Numbered from the stretch's first letter, positions 48,821 through 58,774 are shown. The stretch is 64,000 nucleotides of DNA from Bacteroidales bacterium (GCA_028694375.1 JAQUTN010000002.1:139-64138), one strand, 5' to 3'. Numbers and translations are program-made. The notes: generated by a model not told the origin, from the sequence alone.

Positions 48821-51202
48821 TTGTTGAATTCTGTGGAGAAAATTTTAGATAAACTCAACGACAGCCAAAAACAGGCTGTACTGTATAACGACGGGCCTTC
48901 TCTGGTTATAGCCGGAGCCGGTTCCGGCAAAACCCGGGTGCTCACCCGCAAGGTGGCTGTTTTGTTAAAGCAGGGCCTGGCTCCCTGGAATATTATGGCG
49001 CTCACCTTTACCAACAAAGCGGCCAGAGAAATGAAGGAACGTATTGCCACCATGGTCGATCCTGCCTCGGCCTCTTTGTTGTGGATGGGAACTTTTCACT
49101 CTGTTTTTTTACGGATTTTGCGTGCCGAAGCTTCCGCTTTGGGTTATTCTTCGGCCTTTAGTATTTACGATACCGCCGACAGCAAGAACCTCATTAAAAG
49201 CATTATCCGAGACTTGGGACTGGACGAAAAAATCTACCGCGAAGGAGCAGTACATGCCCGCATTTCGTCGGCCAAAAATGATTTGATTTCAGCCACTGCC
49301 TATGCGAATAATGCGGCCCTGCAGGAAAGGGATCTATTTACCAAAATGCCCCGGATAGCCGAAATTTATCAGCGTTACGTACAACGTTGCCGACTGGCTT
49401 CGGCCATGGATTTTGACGATCTCTTGTATAATACCAATGTCTTGTTTCGAGATCATCCGGAAATTCTCAAAGCCTATCAATCTCGTTTTCAGTTTATTCT
49501 GGTAGATGAATACCAGGATACCAATTTTTCACAACATTTGATTGTAAGTCGTCTGGCTGAGCGTCATCACAAAGTCTGCGTTGTGGGCGATGATTCTCAG
49601 AGTATTTATTCCTTCAGGGGAGCTAACATCGACAATATTCTGAATTTCAAAAAAACATATCCGGAATGTTTAATGTTCAAACTGGAACAAAATTACCGTT
49701 CCACCCAAACTATTGTCAATTTAGCCAACAGCCTGATTGCCAAAAATAAGATGCAAATTCCCAAATCTGTGTTTTCCAAACGTGAAACGGGGAACAAGAT
49801 TCAGGTTCTAAGCGCTTTTTCGGACATGGAAGAAGCATTTATGATCGCTAACAAAATTAATGAAATGCACATGAGTTTGTACGATCCCTGGAGTGAATTT
49901 GCCGTACTTTATCGTACCAATGCCCAATCACGCATTCTGGAAGATGCTCTGCGTAAGCGAAGCATCCCTTATCGCATCTACGGTGGCATGTCTTTTTATC
50001 AACGCAAGGAAATAAAGGATATCATTGCTTATCTGAGGCTGGTAATCAATCCTTCGGACGAAGAAGCCTTCAAACGCGTTATCAATTTTCCGGCCAGGGG
50101 TATCGGCAAAACTACTCTGGATAAAATACAGCAGGCAGCCAATCAACACCAGACTACTTTTTGGGAAATCTGTGCCAATCCGCTGTCGTACAACCTGCCT
50201 GTACACAGTGGTACTGAAAATAAGTTGAGACAATTCAGTTCGCTTATAGAAAGTCTGAAGCCGCTGGCATTGACTTTGAATGTGTACGAGTTTACCAAAA
50301 AGCTTGTTCAGGACAGCGGTATTAATCAGGCACTTTTGCAAGACAACTCCGAAGAAGGTATCAGCCGGCAGGAACATTTGGAATCGCTGCTTTCGGGTAT
50401 GCACGATTTTTGCCAAAACCGTTTGGAAGAAGGAAATGAACAACTGTTGCTTCCCGACTACCTGGCCGAAATCTCCCTATTAACCGATCAGGACGAAGTC
50501 GATGAGGGTGATAAAGTGAATTTGATGACCGTACATGCCGCCAAAGGCCTGGAATTTAAGAATGTATTTGTAAGTGGCCTTGAAGACGGCATTTTCCCCT
50601 CCATACGCAATCAGGAATCAGAGCGCGAGCTCGAAGAAGAGCGCCGTTTACTTTATGTGGCAATTACCAGGGCAGGAGACCATTGTGTGCTGAGTTATGC
50701 CAAAAGCCGCTTTCGAAATGGCCAGACAGAGTATTCCAAACCCAGCCGCTTTTTGAACGACCTGGACAAGAACTTGCTGGATTTACCTACTCGTGCCTTT
50801 GCCGAACAAGAATTGCCTTCTGCCTCAGGGAGCACTCATCGTCCTGCTTCTTTTTACAATCCCTCAGCAAATAAACCCCATTGGCCTACAGAGCAGCGCA
50901 CAAAAACTCCAACCGAAAAGATAAGCAGCCGCCAGGGAAAATGGACCAAACTGTCGGCCAAGCCCGGCGGATCAACTGTCGGCCAGGATAATGCTTTCAA
51001 AGCAGAAGCAGGCAGTTCCGGAGTCAAAACATCTAAAGGGGAATTCCGCCTGGGACAAAGAGTGTTACACGAACGTTTCGGAGAAGGCCTGATACAAAAA
51101 ATTGAAGGCCAGGGCGACAATTGTAAAATCGGAGTTGAATTTAAGCAGGCCGGTTACAAATTACTTTTGCTTAAATTTGCCAGTATGAAAGCTTTAAATT
51201 AA
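48821..51202 (+). CDS. ATP-dependent DNA helicase, UvrD/PcrA/Rep family
   Basis: LNDSQKQAV and AGAGSGKT (Walker A), plus the DEYQDT, VGDDSQSIY and TVHAAKGLEF blocks. The start is uncertain (TTG 48821 or GTG 48833). Confidence 0.9.
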   Translation: MLNSVEKILDKLNDSQKQAVLYNDGPSLVIAGAGSGKTRVLTRKVAVLLKQGLAPWNIMALTFTNKAAREMKERIATMVDPASASLLWMGTFHSVFLRILRAEASALGYSSAFSIYDTADSKNLIKSIIRDLGLDEKIYREGAVHARISSAKNDLISATAYANNAALQERDLFTKMPRIAEIYQRYVQRCRLASAMDFDDLLYNTNVLFRDHPEILKAYQSRFQFILVDEYQDTNFSQHLIVSRLAERHHKVCVVGDDSQSIYSFRGANIDNILNFKKTYPECLMFKLEQNYRSTQTIVNLANSLIAKNKMQIPKSVFSKRETGNKIQVLSAFSDMEEAFMIANKINEMHMSLYDPWSEFAVLYRTNAQSRILEDALRKRSIPYRIYGGMSFYQRKEIKDIIAYLRLVINPSDEEAFKRVINFPARGIGKTTLDKIQQAANQHQTTFWEICANPLSYNLPVHSGTENKLRQFSSLIESLKPLALTLNVYEFTKKLVQDSGINQALLQDNSEEGISRQEHLESLLSGMHDFCQNRLEEGNEQLLLPDYLAEISLLTDQDEVDEGDKVNLMTVHAAKGLEFKNVFVSGLEDGIFPSIRNQESERELEEERRLLYVAITRAGDHCVLSYAKSRFRNGQTEYSKPSRFLNDLDKNLLDLPTRAFAEQELPSASGSTHRPASFYNPSANKPHWPTEQRTKTPTEKISSRQGKWTKLSAKPGGSTVGQDNAFKAEAGSSGVKTSKGEFRLGQRVLHERFGEGLIQKIEGQGDNCKIGVEFKQAGYKLLLLKFASMKALN

Positions 51203-51208
51203 ACCAAG

Positions 51209-52357
51209 ATGGATCTGAATCAATGCCCCTGCCCTGCTTACGTGCTCGAAGAAGCACTGTTGAGAAAGAACCTCGAAAAGATCGCGGCTGTCCGGGATCA
51301 GGCCGGTGTAGAGATTTTATTGGCCTTCAAAGCTTTTGCTCTGTGGAAAGCCTTTCCCTTGTTCAAAGAATACGGCTTTACCGGCACAACATCGAGCTCT
51401 TTGAACGAAGCCCGTCTTGCGTTTGAAGAAATGGGGAAGCTGACCCACAGTTATCTGCCGGCTGTTACGCCAGAAGATCTTCCCAAAGTATTACAATACA
51501 GCAAACAAATCACTTTCAACTCTTTGTCACAATTTGAGTTGTATTATCCTCAGGTTAAAGCCAGTAACAATCACCCTGTTTCCTGTGGTTTGCGAATCAA
51601 TCCTGAATATTCCGAAGTGGAAACCGATTTATATAATCCGGCTCGTCCGGGAGGCCGCCTTGGTATACCCGCCTCAAAGCTTAAACAAACACTTCCGTCT
51701 GGTGTAGAAGGACTGCACTTTCACAGCCTTTGTGAATCTGATTCTTACACCTTGGAAAGAACCCTCCAGGCGGTAGAAGCAAAATTCGGTCATTTATTCG
51801 GACAAATTCGCTGGCTGAATATGGGAGGCGGACATTTGATTACCCGCAAAGACTACGATACTGCCCATTTGATCGGGGTACTAAGGAGTGTTAAGTCCAG
51901 ATACCCGCATTTACATCTCATTCTGGAACCCGGCAGTGCCTTTGTATGGCAAACCGGATTTTTATATGCTCAGGTGGTTGATATAGTTAGTAATCAGGGT
52001 ATTGATACGGCTATGCTGAATGTTTCCTTTGCCTGTCATATGCCCGATTGCCTCGAAATGCCTTATAAACCAATGATCAGAGGAGCCGGCAAACCTGACG
52101 AAGAGCTTTATCCCTATAAATACCATCTGGGGGGCAACAGTTGCCTGGCCGGCGACAGTATGGGTTTCTGGACCTTTCCTCAGCCTCTCAAGATAGGTGA
52201 CAGTCTTCTTTTCGAAGACATGATTCATTATACGGTGGTAAAAACCCATACTTTCAACGGGGTTGCTCACCCCGCCATTTGTTTCTTACGAAAAGACCGG
52301 CAACTTGAAATATGGCGGGAGTACGATTATTCCGATTACAAGCACAGAATGGATTAA
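51209..52357 (+). CDS. nspC: carboxynorspermidine/carboxyspermidine decarboxylase
   Basis: 382 aa. PAYVLEEALLRKNLEKI N-terminus and GGGHLIT. The size and alanine-racemase-like fold pattern fit NspC. Confidence 0.75.
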   Translation: MDLNQCPCPAYVLEEALLRKNLEKIAAVRDQAGVEILLAFKAFALWKAFPLFKEYGFTGTTSSSLNEARLAFEEMGKLTHSYLPAVTPEDLPKVLQYSKQITFNSLSQFELYYPQVKASNNHPVSCGLRINPEYSEVETDLYNPARPGGRLGIPASKLKQTLPSGVEGLHFHSLCESDSYTLERTLQAVEAKFGHLFGQIRWLNMGGGHLITRKDYDTAHLIGVLRSVKSRYPHLHLILEPGSAFVWQTGFLYAQVVDIVSNQGIDTAMLNVSFACHMPDCLEMPYKPMIRGAGKPDEELYPYKYHLGGNSCLAGDSMGFWTFPQPLKIGDSLLFEDMIHYTVVKTHTFNGVAHPAICFLRKDRQLEIWREYDYSDYKHRMD

Positions 52358-52451
52358 AGGTATAAGTTGAGGAATACTTTGGTATTAATGGGTCTGATTG
52401 AATTGTATCTTTGAGCTTTGAAAGAAAAAATCAAAAAAATTTCCTGAAGTA

Positions 52452-52482
52452 TTTGCCGAATACAAAAAAGATAGTACTTTTG
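52452..52482 (+). promoter_or_regulatory. Bacteroidota-type promoter for the tRNA cluster (-33 TTTG, -7 TACTTTTG)
   Basis: TTTG at 52452-52455, 19-nt spacer, TACTTTTG at 52475-52482. The tRNA-Gly 5' end is at 52493. Confidence 0.6.
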
Positions 52483-52492
52483 CTGCGCAATC

Positions 52493-52565
52493 GCGAAAAT
52501 AGCTCAGTTGGTAGAGCATAACCTTGCCAAGGTTAGGGTCGCGGGTTCGAGTCCCGTTTTTCGCT
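52493..52565 (+). tRNA. tRNA-Gly (anticodon GCC)
   Basis: Acceptor GCGAAAA/TTTTCGC, D arm GCTC-AGTTGGTA-GAGC, anticodon loop TTGCCAA, T arm GCGGG-TTCGAGT-CCCGT. CCA is not encoded. Confidence 0.9.
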
Positions 52566-52571
52566 CTACAA

Positions 52572-52599
52572 AGTAGCGACAGCGGTCGCTATTATTTTT
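52572..52599 (+). terminator. terminator-like hairpin between tRNA-Gly and tRNA-Leu
   Basis: tagcgac (52574-52580), agcg, gtcgcta (52585-52591), then ttattttt. Confidence 0.5.
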
Positions 52600-52643
52600 G
52601 GGAAGACTTCTGGTCTCTCAAATTTCCCTCTAAGAGAATACGA

Positions 52644-52727
52644 ACCCAGGTGGTGGAATTGGTAGACACGCTACTTTGAGGGGGTAGTGGGCGTTCGCTC
52701 GTGTGAGTTCGAGTCTCATCCTGGGTA
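52644..52727 (+). tRNA. tRNA-Leu (anticodon GAG), long variable arm
   Basis: Acceptor ACCCAGG/CCTGGGT, anticodon arm CTACT-TTGAGGG-GGTAG, variable arm TGGGCGTTCGCTCGT, T arm GTGAG-TTCGAGT-CTCAT. Confidence 0.85.
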
Positions 52728-52746
52728 CTTTTCCCTGCATCATCCT

Positions 52747-52830
52747 GCCCAGATGGTGAAATTGGTAGACACGCTAGTTTCAGGGACTAGTGGCCGCAAG
52801 GCTGTGCAGGTTCGAGTCCTGTTCTGGGCA
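52747..52830 (+). tRNA. tRNA-Leu (anticodon CAG), long variable arm
   Basis: Acceptor GCCCAGA/TCTGGGC, anticodon arm CTAGT-TTCAGGG-ACTAG, variable arm TGGCCGCAAGGCTGT, T arm GCAGG-TTCGAGT-CCTGT. Confidence 0.9.
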
Positions 52831-52835
52831 CAAAT

Positions 52836-52877
52836 AAAGCCGTCTTCTTAATTGAAAAGAGGACGGCTTTATTTTTT
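52836..52877 (+). terminator. rho-independent terminator after the tRNA cluster
   Basis: aaagccgtcttctt (52836-52849), loop aattgaa, aagaggacggcttt (52857-52870), followed by attttttac. Confidence 0.8.
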
Positions 52878-52964
52878 ACTTTCTATTAAGCCAGGGAGTA
52901 TTCCGATTAAGTAAAAGCCTGGTTCGGCGGGAATCAAACCCGATTCGGGCCCGATCAAGACAAA

Positions 52965-53897
52965 TCAGACTTGTTTTTTATCCAATTCCAGCAGGCGTAA
53001 AAACTCTTTGGGCGTTTCGCTTTCAAAAAGCATTTGTTCTCCGCTGACAGGGTGAGTAAAAGCTAAGACACAGGCATGTAGAGCCATTCGTTTGATAGGG
53101 CTGACATGTCCGCCGTATTTCAAATCGCCGGAAATTGGGTAGCCGATGCTGTTCATTTGCACTCTGATTTGATTTTTTCTTCCCGTGTCAAGTTTGAACT
53201 CGGCTAAGCTGTAACGTTCGCTACTTTTCAGAACTTTATAATGGGTGACAGCTTTGAGGCCGTCTTCGGGATTGGGGCTGGCATAAACAATCAAAGCTTT
53301 ACTTTCCCACAAATAGGAGCTGACTGTCCCCTGCCCGCTGCCGTCACCGGTTTGCGGAATACCTTCCAATACTCCCAGGTATTTGCGCTGATTGACAGCA
53401 AAACGCCAGTTGTTTTGCATAAGAGACTGAATGTCCTGATTCTTTGCAAACAGCATAATGCCAGAGGTTTCCCTGTCCAAACGATGCACCACAAATATTT
53501 TGTTGCCCGGATGCTGTTTTTTTACATATTCGCTCAAAATGGAGTATGCAGTTTTACTGCGTTCTTTGGCCGTACCTATCGACAAAAGTCCGGCGGCTTT
53601 TTCTACTACAATCAGGTCTTTGTCTTCGAATAAAACTTTAAGTTTAGGGTGATTCAGGCTTTGTTTGCCTTTACTCCAAAGAATATTGACCTCATCTCCG
53701 GGTTTGATCGGATGGTCGAACTGACGAATGACCCGTTTGTTGACCAATATTTGTTGATGAGACAGCAAAGACTTTATGCTGTTGCGTGATTGATCCTGAA
53801 GTTTAGTTATTAGAAAGTTCAGTAAAGTCGATTCCTCAGTGACTCGAAGGGTACTGATTTTTTGTTTTTTGGGCAGAGATCGCCCGGATTTGTCCAT
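52965..53897 (-). CDS. RluA-family pseudouridine synthase with N-terminal S4 domain
   Basis: 310 aa. HRLDRETSGIMLFAK catalytic motif and GRKNQIRVQM. Confidence 0.8.
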   Translation of the reverse strand: MDKSGRSLPKKQKISTLRVTEESTLLNFLITKLQDQSRNSIKSLLSHQQILVNKRVIRQFDHPIKPGDEVNILWSKGKQSLNHPKLKVLFEDKDLIVVEKAAGLLSIGTAKERSKTAYSILSEYVKKQHPGNKIFVVHRLDRETSGIMLFAKNQDIQSLMQNNWRFAVNQRKYLGVLEGIPQTGDGSGQGTVSSYLWESKALIVYASPNPEDGLKAVTHYKVLKSSERYSLAEFKLDTGRKNQIRVQMNSIGYPISGDLKYGGHVSPIKRMALHACVLAFTHPVSGEQMLFESETPKEFLRLLELDKKQV

Positions 53898-53965
53898 ATC
53901 CTTGATTTTGATGCAAAGATAGAAATCTTTACACTCTCCGAGGGAGTATAAAACAGATTATTTAT

Positions 53966-53973
53966 TACATTTG
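53966..53973 (+). promoter_or_regulatory. candidate -7 box (TACATTTG) for the paaK cluster
   Basis: tatTACATTTGcac, 32 nt upstream of ATG 54005. Confidence 0.45.
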
Positions 53974-54004
53974 CACATTTTTGACATAAAAACCTGTATA
54001 TAAG

Positions 54005-55297
54005 ATGTATTTGCATGCAGACCTGGAAACACTGAGCCGAAACGGAATTGAGAAATTACAGATGGAAAGGCTCAGAAAAACATTGAATCATTGCCTGAAC
54101 TCTCCCTTTTATTGTAAACGTTTTGAGGAAAACAATCTCAAACCCGGGGATATTAAAACCCTGGATGATCTAAAGAAAATTCCTTTTACAACCAAAACCG
54201 ACCTTCGCGACAATTATCCCTTTGGAATGTCGGCAGTGCCTTTGGAACAGACTGTTCGTTTGCATTCTTCCAGCGGTACTACAGGCAATCCTACTGTCGT
54301 ATTACATACTCAACGAGATTTGGATCAATGGGCAGAAGCAGTGGCGAGATGCCTTTATATGGTCGGTTTGCGAAAATCGGATGTTTTTCAGAATTCTTCA
54401 GGTTATGGTATGTTTACCGGAGGATTGGGTTTCCAATACGGGGCAGAACGTCTGGGTATGCTCACCGTGCCTGCCGCTGCAGGTAATACACTGAGACAGA
54501 TTAAATTCATTACAGATTTTGGTACTACTGCACTGCATGCTATACCCAGTTACGCCAGCCGTTTGTACGAAGTGATGATACAGCAGGGCATAGATCCACG
54601 CGACACCAGGTTACGGACCCTGCTCATCGGAGCCGAACCTCATTCCGAAGCACAACGTAAACGCATAGAGGAAACGCTGGGTGTAAAAGCCTACAACAGC
54701 TTTGGTATGTCCGAAATGTGCGGTCCCGGCGTTGCTTTTGAATGTCCGGAACAAAACGGTATGCATATCTGGGAAGATTATTACATTGTTGAAATCATCA
54801 ATCCCGATACGCTCGAACCGGTAGCTGAAGGTGAAATGGGAGAAATGGTGTTGACCACCATTAACAGAGAAGCCATGCCTTTGCTGCGTTACCGCACCCG
54901 TGATCTAACCCGTATCCTGCCAGGGAAATGTCCTTGTGGCAGGAATCACGTACTTTTGGATCGTATGAAAGGCCGGAGTGACGACATGATTATTCTGAAA
55001 GGTGTTAATATCTTTCCCATACAAGTGGAGACCATTTTGATGAAATTCAAAGAGTTAAGCAGTAATTACCTAATAGTGCTCCATACAGTCAACAACAACG
55101 ATGAGATGAGCGTCGAAGTTGAACTCGAAGAATTGTTTACCGACGACTACGCCAAACTGCAATGGCTTACCAGGGAAATTACCCGGCAACTCAAGGACGA
55201 ATTACTGGTGACTCCCAAAGTTAAGTTGGTCAAAAAAGGCAGTCTGCCCAAAAGCGAAGGCAAGGCTGTTCGTGTCAATGATTTGCGTAACCATTAA
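54005..55297 (+). CDS. paaK: phenylacetate--CoA ligase
   Basis: 430 aa. SSGTTGNPTV AMP-binding motif, and a size and C-terminal domain typical of PaaK. Confidence 0.8.
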   Translation: MYLHADLETLSRNGIEKLQMERLRKTLNHCLNSPFYCKRFEENNLKPGDIKTLDDLKKIPFTTKTDLRDNYPFGMSAVPLEQTVRLHSSSGTTGNPTVVLHTQRDLDQWAEAVARCLYMVGLRKSDVFQNSSGYGMFTGGLGFQYGAERLGMLTVPAAAGNTLRQIKFITDFGTTALHAIPSYASRLYEVMIQQGIDPRDTRLRTLLIGAEPHSEAQRKRIEETLGVKAYNSFGMSEMCGPGVAFECPEQNGMHIWEDYYIVEIINPDTLEPVAEGEMGEMVLTTINREAMPLLRYRTRDLTRILPGKCPCGRNHVLLDRMKGRSDDMIILKGVNIFPIQVETILMKFKELSSNYLIVLHTVNNNDEMSVEVELEELFTDDYAKLQWLTREITRQLKDELLVTPKVKLVKKGSLPKSEGKAVRVNDLRNH

Positions 55298-55307
55298 TCC
55301 GTATACC

Positions 55308-55736
55308 ATGACTATTCATCAGATTTCCATTTTCATCGAAAACAAACTGGGTTCTCTCAACGAGATCCTGGACATTATTAAATCGGAAAAGCTGCAGATT
55401 ATAGCATCTACTATTTCCGACACTGTGGAATATGGTATTTACAGGGTAATCACCCCGGAACCACGCAAAGCTTACCTGGCATTGAAGAGCCGTGGACTGG
55501 CAGTGAACCTGACCGAAGTTTTTGCAGTTTCTTTGGCTAATACTGTCGGTACTGCTGCCGAAACCATCTCTTATTTTACCCTGGCCGGCATCAATATTGA
55601 ATACATGTATTCTTTTTATCAGGATCACAGAGGTATTTTGATTTTGCGTACCAGCGATACTGCCAAAACACTGGAAGTTATAGCCGAATACAGGCTGAAT
55701 TGCCTCACCGAAGAAGAATTATTACAATTTAATTAA
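55308..55736 (+). CDS. ACT domain-containing protein
   Basis: Start moved to ATG 55308 (MTIHQISIFIENKLGSLNEILDII). Two ACT-like halves. Confidence 0.7.
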   Translation: MTIHQISIFIENKLGSLNEILDIIKSEKLQIIASTISDTVEYGIYRVITPEPRKAYLALKSRGLAVNLTEVFAVSLANTVGTAAETISYFTLAGINIEYMYSFYQDHRGILILRTSDTAKTLEVIAEYRLNCLTEEELLQFN

Positions 55737-55747
55737 TACTCGTACTT

Positions 55748-55942
55748 ATGTTTGGAATCTCAGACCCCGGCATTTGGTTGGCCTATCTGCTGGAATTACT
55801 TTGCCTTGTTTTTGCTGTTTGGTACGGAATAAAATACTGGAATCAGGACGATGGAGATGAATCCTCTCAGCAAACAACAGACCCTCTTAAACCAAAAACA
55901 TCAAAATCAACAAAACCCGCTAAGAAACATAGCCACAACTAA
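55748..55942 (+). CDS. small single-TM protein preceding the symporter (symporter small accessory protein-like)
   Basis: 64 aa. MFGISDPGIWLAYLLELLCLVFAVWYGIKYWNQ followed by a K/S/T/P-rich tail. It ends 10 nt before the symporter start. Confidence 0.6.
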   Translation: MFGISDPGIWLAYLLELLCLVFAVWYGIKYWNQDDGDESSQQTTDPLKPKTSKSTKPAKKHSHN

Positions 55943-55952
55943 ACTAAGCACT

Positions 55953-57518
55953 ATGAATTATTTTGTATTAGGATTGATTGTATTACTTTATCTGTTTACG
56001 CTGGCAGCCATCAGCTGGTACGCCTACAAAAATACCAGGAATGCCAACGACTACATGATAGGCGGCGGTAATATGAGTTCTACAGTGATGGCTTTGTCGT
56101 ATGGGGCTACTTTTATTTCGGCATCGGCCATTGTAGGCTTCGGTGGTGTTTCTGCTGCTTATGGTATGGGTATTCAATGGCTTTGCCTCTTAAACATTTT
56201 GATAGGAGTAATTATTGCCTTTATCTTTTTCGGCAAAAAAACCCGTAAGTTGGGTGCAGAACTTCAAGCTAAGACTTTTCCACAGCTGCTGGGTGCTTAT
56301 TTTCAATCCAAACCCATACAAGTAATAGCCGCTACAGTGATTTTGCTTGGTATGCCTTTGTACGCCGCAGTTGTTATGAAAGGCGGTGCGGTGTTTATCG
56401 AACAGATTTTCAATATCAATTACAATATTGCCTTGCTTATTTTTACTCTGATTACAGCATTGTACGTTATCAGCGGTGGCATGAAAGGCGTGATGTATAC
56501 TTCGGCTTTTCAGGCCGTAGTCATGTTTATCTGTATGTTTTTTATGCTGTTTGGCCTATATAAAGCCTTGGGTATGGGTTTTTCCGAAGCTAACAGAGCC
56601 CTTGATGCTATGGATAGCCTGGTTCCTTCCAATTTTGCCTCGCTGGGGCATCAGGGCTGGGCCAAGATGCCTGTGTTGGGATCACCTCAATGGTATACAT
56701 TGGTAACTTCACTTATTTTAGGCGTCGGCATCGGTTGCCTGGCTCAACCTCAACTGGTGGTGCGTTTTCTGACGGTACGCAGCAGCAAACAATTGAATCA
56801 GGGTATTTTTGTCGGATCTTTGTTTCTTCTCATAACCGTGGGTGTGGTTTACCATGCCGGAGCCTTATCCAATTTATTCTTTTTGAAACACAACGGACAA
56901 GTGGCTACGGAATATATATCGGACATCGACAAAATCATTCCGGCCTTTATTAATGCGGCTATGCCCAATTGGTTTACAGCCTTGTTTATGCTGAGTATTT
57001 TATCGGCCAGCATGTCAACGCTGAGTTCTCAGTTTCACGTTATGGGGACTTCGGCCGCTTCGGATATCTATGCTGATGTTGTACGCAAAAAGGAACGCAA
57101 AAGCATTACCCGCCTGGTTAAAATAGGCGTGTTGGTATCCATTCTGATCAGTTATGTCATTTGCTATACGCTCAAAGAAGGCGTAATTGCGCGGGGCACG
57201 GCTATTTTTATGGGCTTGTGTGCAGCCACTTTCCTTCCTGCCTATTTTTGTATGCTCTATTGGAAAAAAACAAGTAGCAAAGCTGTGTTGTGGAGTATGG
57301 TGGCAGGGGCCGGCGGCAGTGTGTTTGCCCTAGTGTTTTTGCATCAAAAAGAAGCGGCAGCTATAGGTTTGTGTCAGGCAATTTTCGGACGGCCGGTATT
57401 GATCGAGGCTCATCCCTGGCCAATGATCGATCCTATCTTATTTGCCCTGCCCTTGTCGATAGTGGTAATTGTCCTTGTTAGTTTATTAAGCCGCAAACAA
57501 GGACAAAAGCCTGCTTAA
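55953..57518 (+). CDS. sodium:solute symporter (SSS) family transporter
   Basis: Start moved to ATG 55953 (MNYFVLGLIVLLYLF). About 13 hydrophobic segments and an early YMIGGGNMS motif. Confidence 0.8.
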   Translation: MNYFVLGLIVLLYLFTLAAISWYAYKNTRNANDYMIGGGNMSSTVMALSYGATFISASAIVGFGGVSAAYGMGIQWLCLLNILIGVIIAFIFFGKKTRKLGAELQAKTFPQLLGAYFQSKPIQVIAATVILLGMPLYAAVVMKGGAVFIEQIFNINYNIALLIFTLITALYVISGGMKGVMYTSAFQAVVMFICMFFMLFGLYKALGMGFSEANRALDAMDSLVPSNFASLGHQGWAKMPVLGSPQWYTLVTSLILGVGIGCLAQPQLVVRFLTVRSSKQLNQGIFVGSLFLLITVGVVYHAGALSNLFFLKHNGQVATEYISDIDKIIPAFINAAMPNWFTALFMLSILSASMSTLSSQFHVMGTSAASDIYADVVRKKERKSITRLVKIGVLVSILISYVICYTLKEGVIARGTAIFMGLCAATFLPAYFCMLYWKKTSSKAVLWSMVAGAGGSVFALVFLHQKEAAAIGLCQAIFGRPVLIEAHPWPMIDPILFALPLSIVVIVLVSLLSRKQGQKPA

Positions 57519-57627
57519 TGTTTGTTTATTAAGGCAATTTATTGTTGATTTGCGGGAACAAAAACAAAGAGAGCTCGAAACAGCTTGATTTGAACAGGAT
57601 GGCTAAGGATTGCTTTTTTAATTGGCT

Positions 57628-58728
57628 ATGGTAAAATACCTGGATCTGCAGGGGATAACTGCTAAGTACGCAGATGAGATTCATCAGGCTGTCGCTCGGG
57701 TTACCGACTCGGGTTGGTATCTTCAGGGCGAAGAAAACAAACGCTTCGAACAGCATTATGCCGAATACATCGGAACCAGGCATTGTATTGGGGTGGCTAA
57801 CGGCCTGGATGCTCTGATCTGGATTTTGAGGGCTTACATAGAGATGGGCTTTATGCATCCGGGTGACGAAGTGCTGGTACCTGCCAATACTTACATAGCC
57901 TCCATTCTGGCTATTACCGAAAATGGACTTAAGCCTGTTTTGATCGAACCCCGGCTTTTGAGTTATCAGATTGACGAGGATTTAATCGAACAACATATTA
58001 CTGAACGCAGCAAGGCGCTTATGATTGTTCATCTCTATGGCCAATGTGCTTTCAGTGACAAAATTAAGGCTCTCTGCCTGCGTTACGGGCTTAAACTGAT
58101 AGAAGATAATGCTCAGGCTCACGGCTGCGTTTACAGGGGCCGCAAAACGGGTTCCCTGGGTGATGCTGCCGGGCATAGTTTTTATCCGGGTAAAAATCTG
58201 GGGGCTTTTGGGGACGGAGGTGCTGTTACTACCGATGACGAGGAGTTGGCAACTATTGTACGTACGCTGGCCAATTACGGGTCCGAAAAGAAATACGTTT
58301 TCAGGTATACCGGCCGTAACAGCCGGCTTGACGAGATTCAGGCGGCTGTACTGGATGTTAAGCTTCGCTATCTGGATCAGGACATTGAATTGCGCAAACA
58401 AGTAGCTGCCCGTTATTTGCAGGAGATCCGGCATTCCGAAATACAACTGCCTGTTGTGACTGACCGCGATCAACACGTTTATCATATTTTTCCGATTCGT
58501 TGCAAGCGTCGTGAGGCCTTGCAATTGTTTTTGGAAAGCAGGGGAATTCAAACGCTGATTCACTACCCTATTCCTCCTCATAAACAGGCCTGTTACCCGG
58601 AATGGAATAACTTGTCTCTGCCTGTTACCGAACAAATTCACCGCGAAGAACTCAGTTTGCCCTTGAGTCCGGTCATGACCAGTGAAGAAATTGATGAGGT
58701 CATTGCTGCGGTGAACTCTTTCAAGTAA
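57628..58728 (+). CDS. DegT/DnrJ/EryC1/StrS-family sugar aminotransferase
   Basis: Start moved to ATG 57628 (MVKYLDLQG). [17 protein letters not shown] and [10 protein letters not shown] (PLP lysine) blocks. Confidence 0.85.
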   Translation: MVKYLDLQGITAKYADEIHQAVARVTDSGWYLQGEENKRFEQHYAEYIGTRHCIGVANGLDALIWILRAYIEMGFMHPGDEVLVPANTYIASILAITENGLKPVLIEPRLLSYQIDEDLIEQHITERSKALMIVHLYGQCAFSDKIKALCLRYGLKLIEDNAQAHGCVYRGRKTGSLGDAAGHSFYPGKNLGAFGDGGAVTTDDEELATIVRTLANYGSEKKYVFRYTGRNSRLDEIQAAVLDVKLRYLDQDIELRKQVAARYLQEIRHSEIQLPVVTDRDQHVYHIFPIRCKRREALQLFLESRGIQTLIHYPIPPHKQACYPEWNNLSLPVTEQIHREELSLPLSPVMTSEEIDEVIAAVNSFK

Positions 58729-58774
58729 TTTTTTTTGCAGCTCTCCCATCGTTTAGGCTCCTTGTTTTTTTGAG

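Noticed and set aside
52921-52960. tRNA 3'-half-like fragment (cggg-tttgatt-cccg plus ccgaacc on the minus strand) as a possible integration-site scar
   Set aside because: Only a 4-bp stem, a non-canonical loop, and no match to the acceptor or T arms of any tRNA in the window. No integrase is nearby.
57982-58749. 255-aa minus-strand ORF covering most of the aminotransferase gene
   Set aside because: The plus strand encodes a clear DegT-family protein with a PLP-lysine block. The antisense product has no recognisable features. The same reasoning applies to 14628-15179, 28061-28645, 43196-43750, 45638-46276 and 49928-50443.
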